A stretch of DNA of 64,000 nucleotides, taken from Macrostomum hystrix (lineage: Eukaryota > Animalia > Platyhelminthes). The stretch lies in the NCBI GenBank assembly GCA_950097015.1, contig CATNEN010000029.1, positions 2,418,001 to 2,482,000 of the forward strand. The letters are read 5' to 3'. Positions within the stretch are counted from its first letter, which is position 1. Every line of letters begins with the position of its first letter. The position numbers were made by a program, and so were the translations under genes. Below the pieces are notes generated by a model. That model made no database searches. It saw nothing but the letters and a program-made list of their open reading frames with translations, and was not told the DNA's origin. Positions 13,730 through 26,557 of the stretch are shown here, in pieces.

Positions 13730-14890
13730 CAAAGGGTTTGACGAATGTGAGAGCTGATTTAACGAATAGGAGAGCGGATTTGACGAATGGGAGAGGGATT
13801 TGACGAATGGGAGAGGGATTTGACGAATGGGAGAGGGATTTGACGAATGGGAGAGCGGATTGAACGAATGAGAGAGGTATTGGACGAATAGGAGAGGTAT
13901 TGAACGAATGAGAGAGGTATTGAACGAATGAGAGAGGTATTGGACGAATAGGAGAGGTATTGGACGAATAGGAGAGGTATTGAACGAATGAGAGAGGTAT
14001 TGAACGAATGAGAAAGGTATTGGACGAATAGGAGAGGTATTGGACGAATAGGAGAGGTATTGAACGAATGAGAGAGGTATTGGACGAATAGGAGAGGTAT
14101 TGAACGAATGAGAGAGGTATTGGACGAATGGGAGAGGTATTGGACGAATAGGAGAGGTATTGTACGAATGGGAGAGGGATTTGACGAATGGGAGAGGGAT
14201 TTGACGAATGGGAGAGGGATTTGACGAATGGGAGAGGGATTTGACGAATGGGAGAGAGATTGAACGAATAGGAGAGGTATTTGACGAATGGGAGAGGTAT
14301 TTGACGAATGGGAGAGGGATTTGACGAATGGGAGAGAGATTGAACGAATAGGAGAGGTATTGTACGAATGGGAGAGGGATTTGACGAATGGGAGAGGGAT
14401 TTGACGAATGGGAGAGGTATTTGACGAATGGGAGAGGGATTTGACGAATGGGAGAGAGATTGAACGAATAGGAGAGGTATTGTACGAATGGGAGAGGGAT
14501 TTGACGAATGGGAGAGGGATTTGACGAATGGGAGAGAGATTGAACGAATAGGAGAGGTATTTGACGAATGGGAGAGGGATTTGACGAATGGGAGAGGGAT
14601 TTGACGAATGGGAGAGGGGATTTGACGAATGGGAGAGCGGATTGAACGAATGAGAGAGGTATTGGACGAATAGGAGAGGTATTGGACGAATGGGAGAGGG
14701 ATTTGACGAATGGGAGAGGGATTTGACGAATGGGAGAGGGATTTGACGAATGAGAGAGCGGATTTAACGAATGGGAGAGAGATTGAACGAATGGGAGAGG
14801 TATTTGACGAATGGGAGAGGGATTTGACGAATGAGAGAGCGGATTTAACGAATGAGAGAGGGATTTGAATTTTGGGAGAGGGATTTGACT
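13730..14890. repeat. 20-bp purine-rich minisatellite, intergenic
   Basis: Unit 'ttgacgaatgggagagggat'; it explains the 501-aa pseudo-ORF 13433-14938. Confidence 0.97.
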
Positions 14891-16187
14891 ATTAGGAGAG
14901 GGGTTTGAGAAGGCGATTTGAATGGCAGAATGGTACATGATTAATGGCAGAGGGGATTTGACTACAATGAAAAATAGGCGATTGTCATCAGAGGGACAGG
15001 GCTACATGAAAATGAAACAAAGACAGTGTTAGCGTTGCCAAATGACCCAGTCTCAAGCCAATGCTGTCCGCGTTCGCTTCTCTGTAACTGGCCCGGGCTG
15101 ACTTTCCACCCTAGTCTATTCTGCTGCGAGTCCCGCCCGCTTCACCCCTTGATCTCCGCCTTTGTGGGCCTAATCCCATGTTTCCCCTTCCCCACCACCC
15201 CACATCGTTCGCCTCATCCCCTGATTTAGCCTCTCTGCTCCCATTCTAACAGTCTCGTTATTTTCCCATATTATTCCTCTATTGCCCCATCTACGATGAG
15301 GCGAGGCTGCCCCCCCCACAAAAATCCCAGATGCGGACAGAGGGGAGGCAGCGGAGCGGGCGGGGATTTCCACCTGACTTGGCGGCTGAGACCAGCCAGC
15401 CTCCGGGGGCATCTGCGAGTGTCCCTCACAGCCAATGGCCACGCGCCCCCTCTGTCTCCTGGCATGCCCTGCATTCAGCCTCATCCTCTTCGCTTTAAGC
15501 CTCATCCGGAGCGATGCGGGAGGTGAGGCGGGGGGGCAACGCGTCGCATTAAAAACTAAAAAAGCTGACTGACTTCGCTCTGTCCTCTTCGCTACTCCCC
15601 AGACTCCGATCGCCGCTCAGGCCAGAAAAATCCCCCCTCCCTGCAAAAAAATCTCTGGTGATTCCCACCTGGCTGGGCTGAGCCCTACTGAGCTATTCAA
15701 TAGGCACTTTGTTACCGGGGCGGCATCATCATGGCTTCCGACGTGAGTGAATTTTTCTCTACTTGGGCTGTCAGAGACCGCTGCACTGTTAGGCTGTGAA
15801 GGGCGGAGTCCTGCGGGCCTGAGAACCTGACGGGACTCTTCGCACTGCGGTCAGGAGCTGCATCTGGGTGCATGCTGGGCAGTTCAAGGCTGTAATAAAA
15901 TCCCCAAATTGGGAGTATGTCCCATAATCAGATCTGAAGGACAGTGCTTTCACTATGTGAGTACCCTGCTCATGATGCTTAATATTTTATGACCCGCCCA
16001 TGCCATCATGTTCCCATAAGTCAGAAAGCAGCTGAATTTATTCCTTAAAGCCATCAAAATCCTATGAAAAAATTGTTTTTCAATCAGTCTTCCACTGAAC
16101 TGATTGCGTTCAGTGGAGCACATATTGCTCAATCAAAATTCTGTGTACTTTAAAGCAATTTTAACACTCAATTTGCAGCCATTTGAC

Positions 16188-19100
16188 ATGGCCATCTCAC
16201 GTGCGCAGCAGCAGCAGCACCAGTACGTAGCAGCCCCCACAGCGCCTGAAGATGAAGACAAAGAGCAGGTAGCTTTCTCGCAGCCTCAGCAGCCAGAGCA
16301 GCAGCAGCAGCAGCAGCAGCAGCGACGTGCTTCGAAGGGAGCTGGAGGTCACATGCCGCAGTTCAAGCAGCACGCGCTGAAGACTGTGAACTACTGCCTG
16401 CTATTCAGCCTGGTGGGCATGTCGGATGCCAGCATCGGGGCAGCTCTGCCGGGACTCACCTGTCTGGCCCGCACCTCAGAGCAGCGGGCCACTCTGCTGC
16501 TGTTCTTTCACGAGATCGCCGTCCTGCTCATGACCATCTTCTCTGGGTTTCTCAACAGAAAGTGAGCACGTGAAGTGGAGTGCCTGAGACAGGCATGCAG
16601 TGCAGAGGTGGAGTGACTGAGGCAGGCAGGCAGTGCAAATGTGGAGTGACTGAGGCAGGCAGGCAGTGCAGAGGTGGAGTGACTGTAAAGGTTATGTGCC
16701 TGTGTGAATGAGACGTATACTACTAGAGTGCTGAGCATCGGTCGCACCAATGAACACCAGAGGCAGAGAAAAGGGCAAAGAAGAAATGCCCCAAGTGTAC
16801 ACTATCGAATTGGGTGACAAGCAGTTCTTGCGGCTCGTATTTACAGTCAGCTATTAGATAAAGCCCTGAGCTCGCGGCCTAGTGCTTCTGGGTGAATCGA
16901 TCGGCCACCCCAGCACAAAAACTCGGCTGCCTGCTCTGACACGATAATCCCGCAGTGGGAAGAGATTAAAAGCGCTACCAAGGTCAAGATATCGCGCCGG
17001 GTGTTGGGAGGCCGCAGAATCCTACTCACATCGCTGAATGCCAGCTCGATAAAGTGAGGAATAAAGGACTCCCGCTTTTATCGCCACTTTTTATCCCCAC
17101 GATCAGCAGAGAATCCAAGAATGGCTGGCCAAGTGAAACCTATCGCCCCATCATCACAAACTACCGTGCCCGGCTTCTCACAACTGGGCCGGCTCTCTGT
17201 TCGTCTCGGAGGCTCAGATAGAGTGAAGGACTCGAGGACTCGACTGACTGGCATTGGGGGTGGGAAGCTTTCAGAGGCCGGTGAAAAAGCAATTTCCTGC
17301 GGCTGCAGAGTCTTGGCTGCTCTCTAACCCGGCCGGCTCGCATATTTCAAAAACTCTGCCTCCATCTCTCTCTCTCACTTTGCGGAAGAGCGGTTATGTG
17401 CTCTTGTGTGCTCAGTGCTCTGCTGGCTCCCCACACTCTCAATTTTCTCTTCTATTTTGGATTCTTTCCAACAAAAAGCCTCAGTGTGCTCATACTCAGG
17501 CCCAGCTGAGCCATTAAAATGAGTTCAGTCCTGGCATCTCTCTATGACTTCTCCCCATTATCCCATACCTTACGATGGAATGTGATATTTTCATCTGAAG
17601 CTGCCTTGAAGCTGGAAAGATTTGAAATTAGCCAAAAGTTAGACTATGGGCTGACGAACAAAGGCAAAAAGTAAGCTGCTACAGATATCAAAGAATAAGA
17701 TTTCTACCTGCGCCTGTGTTTTCGCTTGCAAAGTGCATCTGTTTGCATCACAACGATAGAAAGGAAGTGATAGCACCAGCTGTCGAAGCGTTAATAAATG
17801 CATACAATCGCCCTTCCTGTCAATTGATTGGCTACCAACCCCGTTTCTGTCACCTGATTGGCTACTACGACTAACCCCATTTCTGTCACCTGATTGGCTA
17901 CTAACCCCATTTCTGTCACCAGATTGGCTACCAACCCGATTAACTGACCAATCAGAATCCTTGATTGGCCCATCAGTCCTCATCGAGAAGTCTACTGACC
18001 AATCAGAATCGTGCATTTGAGAATGTCAATGCACCCTCTGAGTTCATATTTACGATTATATGTCAGTTTTACCATACTCTGCGAGCCCAGGCAGCAGTAA
18101 TGCAATTTGGAGACTTTAGAGTGAAAAAAGAAAGTGAAAGTTTTACATCGATGCAAGCGTAGAGAAGCCCGAATGCACCAGCGCTATTCTTGTCTGCCTG
18201 CTTTCGTGTGCCGATGCCTCAGACGCACGGGCGAAATAGAAAATAATCTAGACAGATAGAATGCGGATTAGGGTTTAGCGGAGCAGACAGACACACAGGC
18301 GGGGTACTCAGAATGAGTAGACTCAAGCTATAGAAACCTTTTTTGACTCTGCTCTGCTTTCCCATTTCCCTAATTGAGTTTTGTGAGGAGGGAGGCGTCT
18401 CGCTGCCCTGGCTTCGCCCCCCTCAACTGCGACCCCGCATGAAGGGCTTCCCAGTGGCAGAGACTGCGGGATAACTGCGAGACTGCTGTCCATAAGCCAC
18501 TGAGCAGCAGTGAGACCGCAGTCACGTACTCATCATCCATATAGTCTCCATTGTTTTTTACTATAGCGTTTTTTATCAGGCCAATGTCGGCGTAACATAG
18601 GTGATACTGCACACAATGCATAGGTAATACTGCACTCAGTGCGTAGGTGATACTGTACTCAGTGCATAGGTGATACTGCACACAATGTATAGGTAATACT
18701 GTACTCAGTGCGTAGGTGATACTGTACTCAGTGCATAGGTGATACTGCACACAATGCATAGGTAATACTGTACTCAGTGCGTAGGTGATACTGCACACAA
18801 TGCATAGGTAATACTGTACTCAGTGCGTAGGTGATACTGCACACAATGCGTAGGTGATACTGTACTCAGTGCATAGGTGATACTGCACACAATGCGTAGG
18901 TAATACTGCACTCAGTGCGTAGGTGATACTGCACACAATGCATAGGTGATACTGTACTCAGTGCGTAGGTAATATTGCACTCAGTGCGTAGGTGATACTG
19001 AACACAATGCATAGGTAATACTGCACTCAGTGCGTAGGTGATACTGCACACAATGCGTAGGTAATACTGCACTCAGTGCGTAGGTGATACTGCACACAAT

Positions 19101-22100
19101 GCGTAGGTGATACTGTACTCAGTGCGTAGGTAATATTGCACTCAGTGCGTAGGTGATACTGCACACAATGCATAGGTAATACTGTACTCAGTGCGTAGGT
19201 GATACTGTACTCAGTGCGTATGTGATACTGTACTCAGTGCGTATGTGATACTGTACTCAGTGCGTAGGTGATACTGTACTCAGTGCGTAGGTGATACTGT
19301 ACTCAGTGCGTAGGTGATACTGTACTCAGTGCATAGATGATACTGTACTCAGTGCATAGGTGATACTGTACTCAGTGCATAGATGATACTGTAATCAGTG
19401 CATAGGTGATACTGTACTCAGTGCAGTAGGTGATACTGTACTCAGTGCGTAGGTGATACTGTACTCAGTGCGTAGGTGATACTGTACTCAGTGCATAGAT
19501 AATACTGTACTCAGTGCATAGGTGATACTGCACTCAGTGCGTAGGTGATACTGCACTCAGTACATAGATGATACTGTAATCAGTACATAGATGATACTGC
19601 ACTCAGTACATAGATGATACTGTACACAGTACATAGATGATACTGTACTCAGTGCATAGATAATACTGTAATCAGTGCATAGATGATACTGTACTCAGTA
19701 CATAGATGATACTGTACTCAGTACATAGATGATACTGTAATCAGTACATAGATGATACTGTACACAGTACATAGATGATACTGTACTCAGTACATAGATG
19801 ATACTGTACACAGTACATAGATGATACTGTACTCAGTACATAGATGATACTGTACTCAGTGCATAGATGATACTGTACTCAGTACATAGATGATACTGTA
19901 ATCAGTACATAGATGATACTGTACTCAGTACATAGATGATACTGTACACAGTACATAGATGATACTGTACTCAGTGCGTAGGTGATACTGTACTCAGTGC
20001 ATAGGTGATACTGTACTCAGTGCGTAGGTGATACTGTACTCAGTGCATAGATAATACTGTAATCAGTGCATAGGTGATACTGTACTCAGTGCGTAGGTGA
20101 TACTGTACTCAGTGCATAGATAATACTGTAATCAGTGCGTAGGTGATACTGTACTCAGTGCGTATGTGATACTGTACTCAGTGCGTAGGTGATACTGTAC
20201 TCAGTGCGTAGGTGATACTGTACTCAGTGCGTATGTGATACTGTACTCAGTGCGTAGGTGATACTGCACTCAGTGCATAGATAATACTGTAATCAGTGCA
20301 TAGGTGATACTGCACTCAGTGCGTAGGTGATACTGCACTCAGTGCGTAGGTGATACTGCACACAATGCATAGGTAATACTGTACTCAGTGCATAGATAAT
20401 ACTGTAATCAGTGCATAGGTGATACTGTACTCAGTGAATATATGATACTGTATTTAGTGCATAGGTGATACTATACTCAGTACATAGGTGATACTGTACT
20501 TAGTGCATAGGTAATACTGTACTCATTGATTGAGTAATATATTAATGAATTCGAACGCAAATCGATTAGCACAGTACATACAAAAAACGAACTGCTAATT
20601 TTTACTTTTTTTCGTAGAATGTCGTCGAAAATCGAATGAAATCATATCACCTATGCACTGACATCTATAGTGCTTCATAATACAGGTGATACTGTACTCA
20701 GTGCATAGGTGATACTGCACTAATTGATTGAGTAATTTATTTCGATGAGCATGAGCACAGTCTATAGAAAAAACGGTAAATTTTATCTCCTTTCGGAGGA
20801 TGTCGTCGAAAATCGAATGAAATCATTTTGAAAGCGAAAACGGCCCTTTTAAGGACTGCCAGACTTTTGCTAGTTAAATGGATGACATAAAGCCATGTAA
20901 ATTTCGGGTCAAGCCAAGAACCTTGTCTGCTTACTAATCTGCGCACTAGGAACAACTTGAATTTCCTGCCCATGTGTTAGCAATTTCAAGTGCAGATCGA
21001 TTTCCCTTGTCTCTGCACCTGTCTGCAGGGTGCCAGCCAACATTGTGATGACCGCAGTCTCGGTGCTGGTGCCGGCTTGCTTCGTGCTGGTGACCTTCTG
21101 CGGCAGCCTGCCGAGCATGGCCTTCATATTCGGCCTGATGGGCCTGGCCGAGGGCTGCCTGGAGTTCTTCTGCAACACGCAGATGATCTTCCTCTACAGG
21201 CAAAACTCGGGCCCGTTCCTGCAGGCCATGTTCTTCAGCCAGAGCGTTGGTGCCCTGGTTTCCCCGCTGATCATCGGCAGCTTCATGTCTAAGCCGCTGT
21301 TTCGCCAGTGGAGCAATTGCTCCCTGCCAGAGGAGCTGGAGGCCGCGATATCGGCAGAGTCCCTCGGTGACATCATCCAGCGGGACCCGGCCCTCGGCGA
21401 GATGCTGTCCCGCGTGCGGTATCCGTTCTATGCCATCGCCGTCATTCAGGTGACGTCATCTGATTCAGGCAGCTGCGATCCTGCGACTTGACAGCCTGGG
21501 GTCTGGGAGCTGGATAGAATTGTTGTAGCTGAGAACTGGCTTGGACCTAGGTCAGCTGTGATTGGACAGGATAGTTTCATGAGTGGGGTAGAGCTGTTGT
21601 AGCTGAGAACTGGCTTGGACCTAGGTCAGCTGTGATTAGACCGGTCATGGGTGCGACAGGGTGAAAACGAATTAATTGTAGTCATCCACCTGTCATTCAC
21701 AGATCCCCATCATGATTTCAATGTTCTACCTGTCCTACAAGGAGGGCTGGACTCAGGAGGTCACACGTGGAGTGGAAGCTGAAGGTATAATTTACTTGGA
21801 TTGTAAATAGTTTTATTGCAAATCAGCATCCGTTGTTTCAAGAGTTTTATACTACAGCTCGTATAATAGGTTTAAAATATTTTTTTAATTTGACAGAAGA
21901 GTTCGAGGACAGACGCGAGGAGGGTCCGTCGGCTTACCTGGTGTTGGCTTTTGCATCAGCCTGCGCCTTTGCTCTTGACGGTCTCATGGTGAGGCTCGAC
22001 CACCCTTGCCTAAGATTATTAATTGTTACTCTCGTTTGCAAACTAAAAGTACGTATTGCTCAGGTGTAAAATAAGTACTACCCAGGCGTAAAGTACGTAC

Positions 22101-24097
22101 TGCTCAGGTGTAAAGTACGTACTGCTCAGGTGTAAAGTACGTACTGCTCAGGTGTAAAGTACGTACTGCTCATGTGTACAATAAGTACGTACTGCTCAGG
22201 TGTAAAGTACGTACTGCTCAGGTGTAAAGTACGTACTGCTCAGATGTACAATAAGTACTACCCAGGTGTAAAGTACGTACTGCTCAGGTGTAAAGTACGT
22301 ACTGCTCAGATGTACAATAAGTACTACCCAGGTGTAAAGTACGTACTGCTCAGGTGTACAATAAGTACTACCCAGGTGAACGTACTGCCCAGTGTTTATT
22401 GCTCGGACAACCTAACCTTCCCCAAATTAATCCTTATAGGGCGCATTCAGCAGCCTGATCTACACATTCTCAACGCACTCGGTGCAGTCTGTAGTTAGCG
22501 AGGCTCGCGCCGCCTACCTCCCAGCCACATTCTGGGTGAGTCTCGCTTCAAAGTGTCGAATCTAAGTTGGAATGACGTGCAATAGCGACAGGGAGAGTAG
22601 GTGAGACTGACGGCTGGCAGCTCCGGGAAGAGCCTTCCCCAGCCACTGCTTCCGGGGACGAGGGTAGGACTATGTTAGCCTGAAGGCTGCGAGCTCTCTC
22701 CGCAATGAGGGAGGGTGCGCGCGACTCAGCGGAATCCCCACTGCAGCCGCAGCCACAAGTTGGGGAGCCGGCCGACCTGTCAGTTGAGATTAGCGAACTC
22801 CCGACTCTTCTTTCCCGTGAGGCTCAGGGGCTCAACCTTAGCCCTCACTAAGCCTTTCTGCCCCGTTTCCTTTCCACAACTAAAGCCCTGGCTGCTTTAC
22901 TAGCGACTTTTACAACTAGCGTGAGCACAAAATAGTTTGAGAACAGCCGAATTGCACTGCTCCATCTAACTCCAATGCACGCTCAGGGCTTCACTCTGAT
23001 TGGTCGGCTGATGGGCATCTTCCTGACTGTGCGACTGTCCAGCGTTCACGTCATCTTCATGGACCTGGTGAGGTCTTTGTTACAACGCTTGTGTGCATCA
23101 TCAGAATCTATTTACTAGGGTTTGCATGGAAGACCTGCTAATTAAAACACAGGAATAATTCAAATCCAGCATTTATCTTTCATTTTTAGATAGGCTTGGT
23201 GTTCTCCGCTACTCTGTTCATGATTGGCCAGAAAAATGTAGCCGTGCTGTTTCTGAGCACTATGCTCACAGGCTTCTTCATCAGCCACTGCATGCCAGCC
23301 CTGCTGGCCCTCACTGAGCAGTTCATCCAAGTAACCAGTGAGCCTTTTGTCACGCATTGTTTTGCAAATAACCAGGATTCTCTTTAATTTGAATTTGACA
23401 ATAAGTACATGAAATGTCTTATTCGTTCTGCTTTTAGGAGACCGGGCCACTTCACTGGTCGCTTCGGCTGCTTTTGGCGAAGCTGTACTGCCTGTACTCA
23501 TGGCAGCGGTAAGGACACTTTAAAAAATGGTCATGATTGGTCAAGGCCACTTACGAGCACACACCTCAGATTTATCCGCTTACCCGGTCTATTCTGATTG
23601 GCTAAGGCCACTCACGAGTTGCACCCCAGATTGGTCCGCTTACCCAGTCCACTTTAATTGGTCAAGGCCATGCTCAAACTAAAGCTCCTCGACTCGAATT
23701 GCAGGTAATGAACAAGATCCACCCTATTGCCTACCCGATCTTCTACTCCGTCTTCGTGGTGATCGCGGTCGTGCTCTTCTTCTGCTTTGTCAGTCTCGGC
23801 TATCAAACTAAGAAGTCGCAGTTCAGCGAGAGCCGCTTCGACAGCTTCCTTCGTCTGGGATTCTTCGCCAGATTAATGCCTAAGAAGGACGAAATGATGC
23901 CCATGCAGAACATGCAGCAGCAGCAGCAGCAGCAGCAGGCTTGGCAGTCGGATGCTGGATTCCAGGCGGCTGCTCAAGATGGAGCTTTCCAGCAGCAGCA
24001 GCAGCAGCAAAGCAGTTTCACCGTGCACTCCCAGCAGCGTCACAAGCCCATGTACAAGGACGACTCATTTGATGAGCTGGCAAATCGGCACAATTAG
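16188..24097 (+). CDS. Major facilitator superfamily transporter (MFSD4/sodium-dependent glucose transporter-like), multi-exon
   Basis: Exons 16188-16561, 21029-21449, 21703-21784, 21897-21988, 22440-22535, 22987-23067, 23190-23337, 23438-23508, 23705-24097 are all GT-AG and phase-compatible. There are about 12 hydrophobic segments, with MFSD4-like motifs 'YCLLFSLVGMSDASIGAALPGL', 'LYRQNSGPFLQAMFFSQSVGALVSPLII', 'GAFSSLIYTF...AAYLPATFWGFTLIGRLMGI' and 'SAAFGEAVLPVLM'. Both termini carry polyQ. Confidence 0.88.
16570..16690. repeat. Short tandem repeat directly after MFS exon 1 donor
   Basis: 'gtggagtgactgaggcaggcaggcagtgca' about 3.5 copies. Confidence 0.8.
17820..18010. repeat. ~30-bp ATTGG/CCAAT-containing tandem repeat (MFS intron 1)
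   Basis: 'ctgattggctac(c/t)aacccc(g/a)tttctgtcac' about 4 copies, plus two 'ctgaccaatcagaatc'. Confidence 0.75.
18595..20525. repeat. 23-bp minisatellite (MFS intron 1)
   Basis: Unit 'gtgcgtaggtgatactgtactca' with variants, about 80 copies. Confidence 0.97.
22045..22388. repeat. 22-bp minisatellite (MFS intron)
   Basis: Unit 'gtacgtactgctcaggtgtaaa'. Confidence 0.93.
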
Positions 24098-24223
24098 TTT
24101 TGAGAAGACTGTGAGCACTGAAAAAACTGGAGCATATTCTCAGCTGGATGAGTGAGATGCTCAGTGTTATATAGAATTTAAACTTTCAATTCGGCACTGA
24201 CTCTCAAGGTTAACAGGAGAACA

Positions 24224-24723
24224 ACCAATGGGAGGATTTCCCCCTGACTATTATTTCTGCTGCACCCGAATCCTAAGCGGCTCAAGCACAGGAAACTCAA
24301 GAAAACGGGCCAAATTTTTGTTGCGCATCTTCTTAAACATTTTCAAGTCGACAGCCCTTCAGACCTTCGAGATATTCAACATCTGAAGGTCCAGCAGCTC
24401 CGTCTAGATAAAGGTAGGTGACCACCGAAGTAGGATGATGCAGGCACATTCGGGTGACATGCTGATAAAGTTTGAAGGCCTGGCAAGGCCGCACTGAGGC
24501 GCAGTGCTGTAGGGGTGTATGAAATACACCAGGTCTTATAGGAAAAATCATACCTTCTGCCAGAACTTTTGTATATCTCGACGGTCCGAAGAGCTGGCGA
24601 CTTGATTATTGTTTCCGAAGATGCGCAACAGAAAGTTGGCCCGTGTTCTTGAGTTTCGTGTGCTTGCGTTGTTCCATTCGGGTGCAGCAAAATTAGTTGT
24701 CGGGGGGAATCGGGCCCTTGGTA
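24224..24723. repeat. Diverged long inverted repeat (arms ~24224-24390 and ~24553-24723)
   Basis: The reverse complement of the left arm 'gaagatgcgcaacaaaaatttggcccgttttcttgagtttcctgtgcttg' matches the right arm 'gaagatgcgcaacagaaagttggcccgtgttcttgagtttcgtgtgcttg'. Likewise 'tatctcgaaggtctgaagggctgtcgacttga' matches 'tatctcgacggtccgaagagctggcgacttga'. Confidence 0.9.
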
Positions 24724-25350
24724 TAAAAACAAGGTAGAAAATACTGATATTCAGAGTAAATTGTAGTTTTCTAAAAAGCATGACAATAAACGAATTATCA
24801 AATTAGCTAACGAACTAATTAAACATCAGCAGGATAAGAGCGAGATAATAAAGATAATTGGCTGATAGGACTATCAAAGGAAGCCGCACCTAGACTGAAA
24901 TGCAGTATTTTTATATGGAAACGAAATTAAATTAATTTTTTAATAGTACTGGACTATAGCCCAGCTGACCAGAGTCGAAGATGTAAAGATAAGAGCAAAT
25001 ATTTCCTCACCACCTGTAGATGGACTTGAGGTGGTACGGTACGGAACACACTTATCCTTGCAAGGCTTATACTAGTTGCTCTGGTGGAGGTATGCTCTGG
25101 TGCATAGCTCTTGTAGACTCATGCGATCGAATAACAATGACAATAATTATGTGTTTTACAGTATTCATACTTCGCAAGAGTGCTGTGGGCACTGGCACAT
25201 TATTTCATGACACCATGAGCTCACATGAGCTCACCCACTGGCAAACACTCACACAGGGATGTGTAAATCTGACCTGAATTTCTCCTCGTCAGGCAGTTAC
25301 ACTTTACCTGTGTCTTGGAGGTTGGCCCTCAAAGGCGTAAGTTGAAAGAC

Positions 25351-25436
25351 AAGCCTCCAAGCCTTCTCTCCGCAACTGCGCCTCAAACTAATGTGGTCTC
25401 GAGTTCAGGGACCTTGCCGCTATGCCACTTACCCCC
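25351..25436 (-). mobile_element. tRNA-derived SINE copy (internally shortened)
   Basis: The reverse complement reads 'ggggtaagtggcatagcgg...cgagaccacattagtttgaggcgcagttgcggagagaaggcttggaggctt'. It shares the 3' core with the copies at 52690 and 58146 and has an A-box-like TGGCATAGCGG. Confidence 0.6.
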
Positions 25437-26557
25437 TGATAACTAGGTAAGAATGCACTTTAAGGAAAGCAAAGCTAATACGGCTCGATCGTTTGCGATC
25501 TAGCAGCTAAAAGCAGCACAAAGGATCAAATCTAAAGAATGTTTTTCAACTTGACTTTTTCAGATAATGTTAGTCGCACATTGTCAATATTTATCCCAGA
25601 AACACCCGAATAACAAAATATTTTGTCTTTTCTAAGGTAGTCACATTGGCCATAATGTTATAGACCATTGGCGTTAAAGCTTCACATTGAAATCTGTTTG
25701 TTATAATTCACACTATCCTCATTAGATGGGCTTGAGAAATACATATTCGACGGAGTTGAACCTTTTTCTGATACTAGTCGCACTATAATTAGAAGCATTA
25801 GTTAGTAGTATGTTAGAGAAAAAAACTGCGATCCTTACTAAATGTCCGAAACTCTGGATTAATCAGAGTGATATTATCCTCCGCATAATATTAAATGTTG
25901 TGATTTTTTATCCTCAAATTTCTATGAAATTGTTCTATTATTTGCGCTTATTGAGCTGCAAACAATTATAGTACACTCTGATTGAATTTTAAGTGTAACC
26001 AACGTTTTATTTATTCTTGTGTCATGTGACTTGCTAGGAAACACTGTAACAATAATTTTTTGCATAAGCATTATTTCAATTTTTTGTCGGCGTCACATGC
26101 ACTCTTACTACTGGCTACACGAGTAGTTATAGTAGACTTGTGTGTACTCGTAATTAAACCACTAAATAAAAATGCATATTCCCAATCTTATTGTCAAAAT
26201 CTAGAAAACTATCAAAACTTAGCCAACGCAAAGCATATATTTTATTTGTTTTTATATTTTACTTGTAGATTCAGTTCACTAAAAGTTTTGATTTTTTCGT
26301 GTTAGCAAAAATTAAGAGCTAGATAGTTAAAAACTAATGTTTTCATTTATTGTTGGTATGGCATTTCCTAGTAGATTCATCCGGAACTAACGATTGGATT
26401 TCAACCTCCAGTGGTGGTAAAAACGAAGAAAAACTCCAGAAATTAGAAACCTTCTCGATTAAAGAGAAATTTCTGAAACCTGAGTCCTTTGTGAGCACTT
26501 CAGCACGATTGGGACGAAATGTACTTGTGCAGCTCTGAAATAGAAAACAAAAATACT

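Noticed and set aside
13433-14938. 501-aa ORF on the minus strand
   Set aside because: Translation of a 20-bp minisatellite with no domain content.
15290-15550. Possible MITE with G/C-run terminal inverted repeats
   Set aside because: The inverted match is mostly a G7/C8 run, with no target-site duplication or second copy seen.
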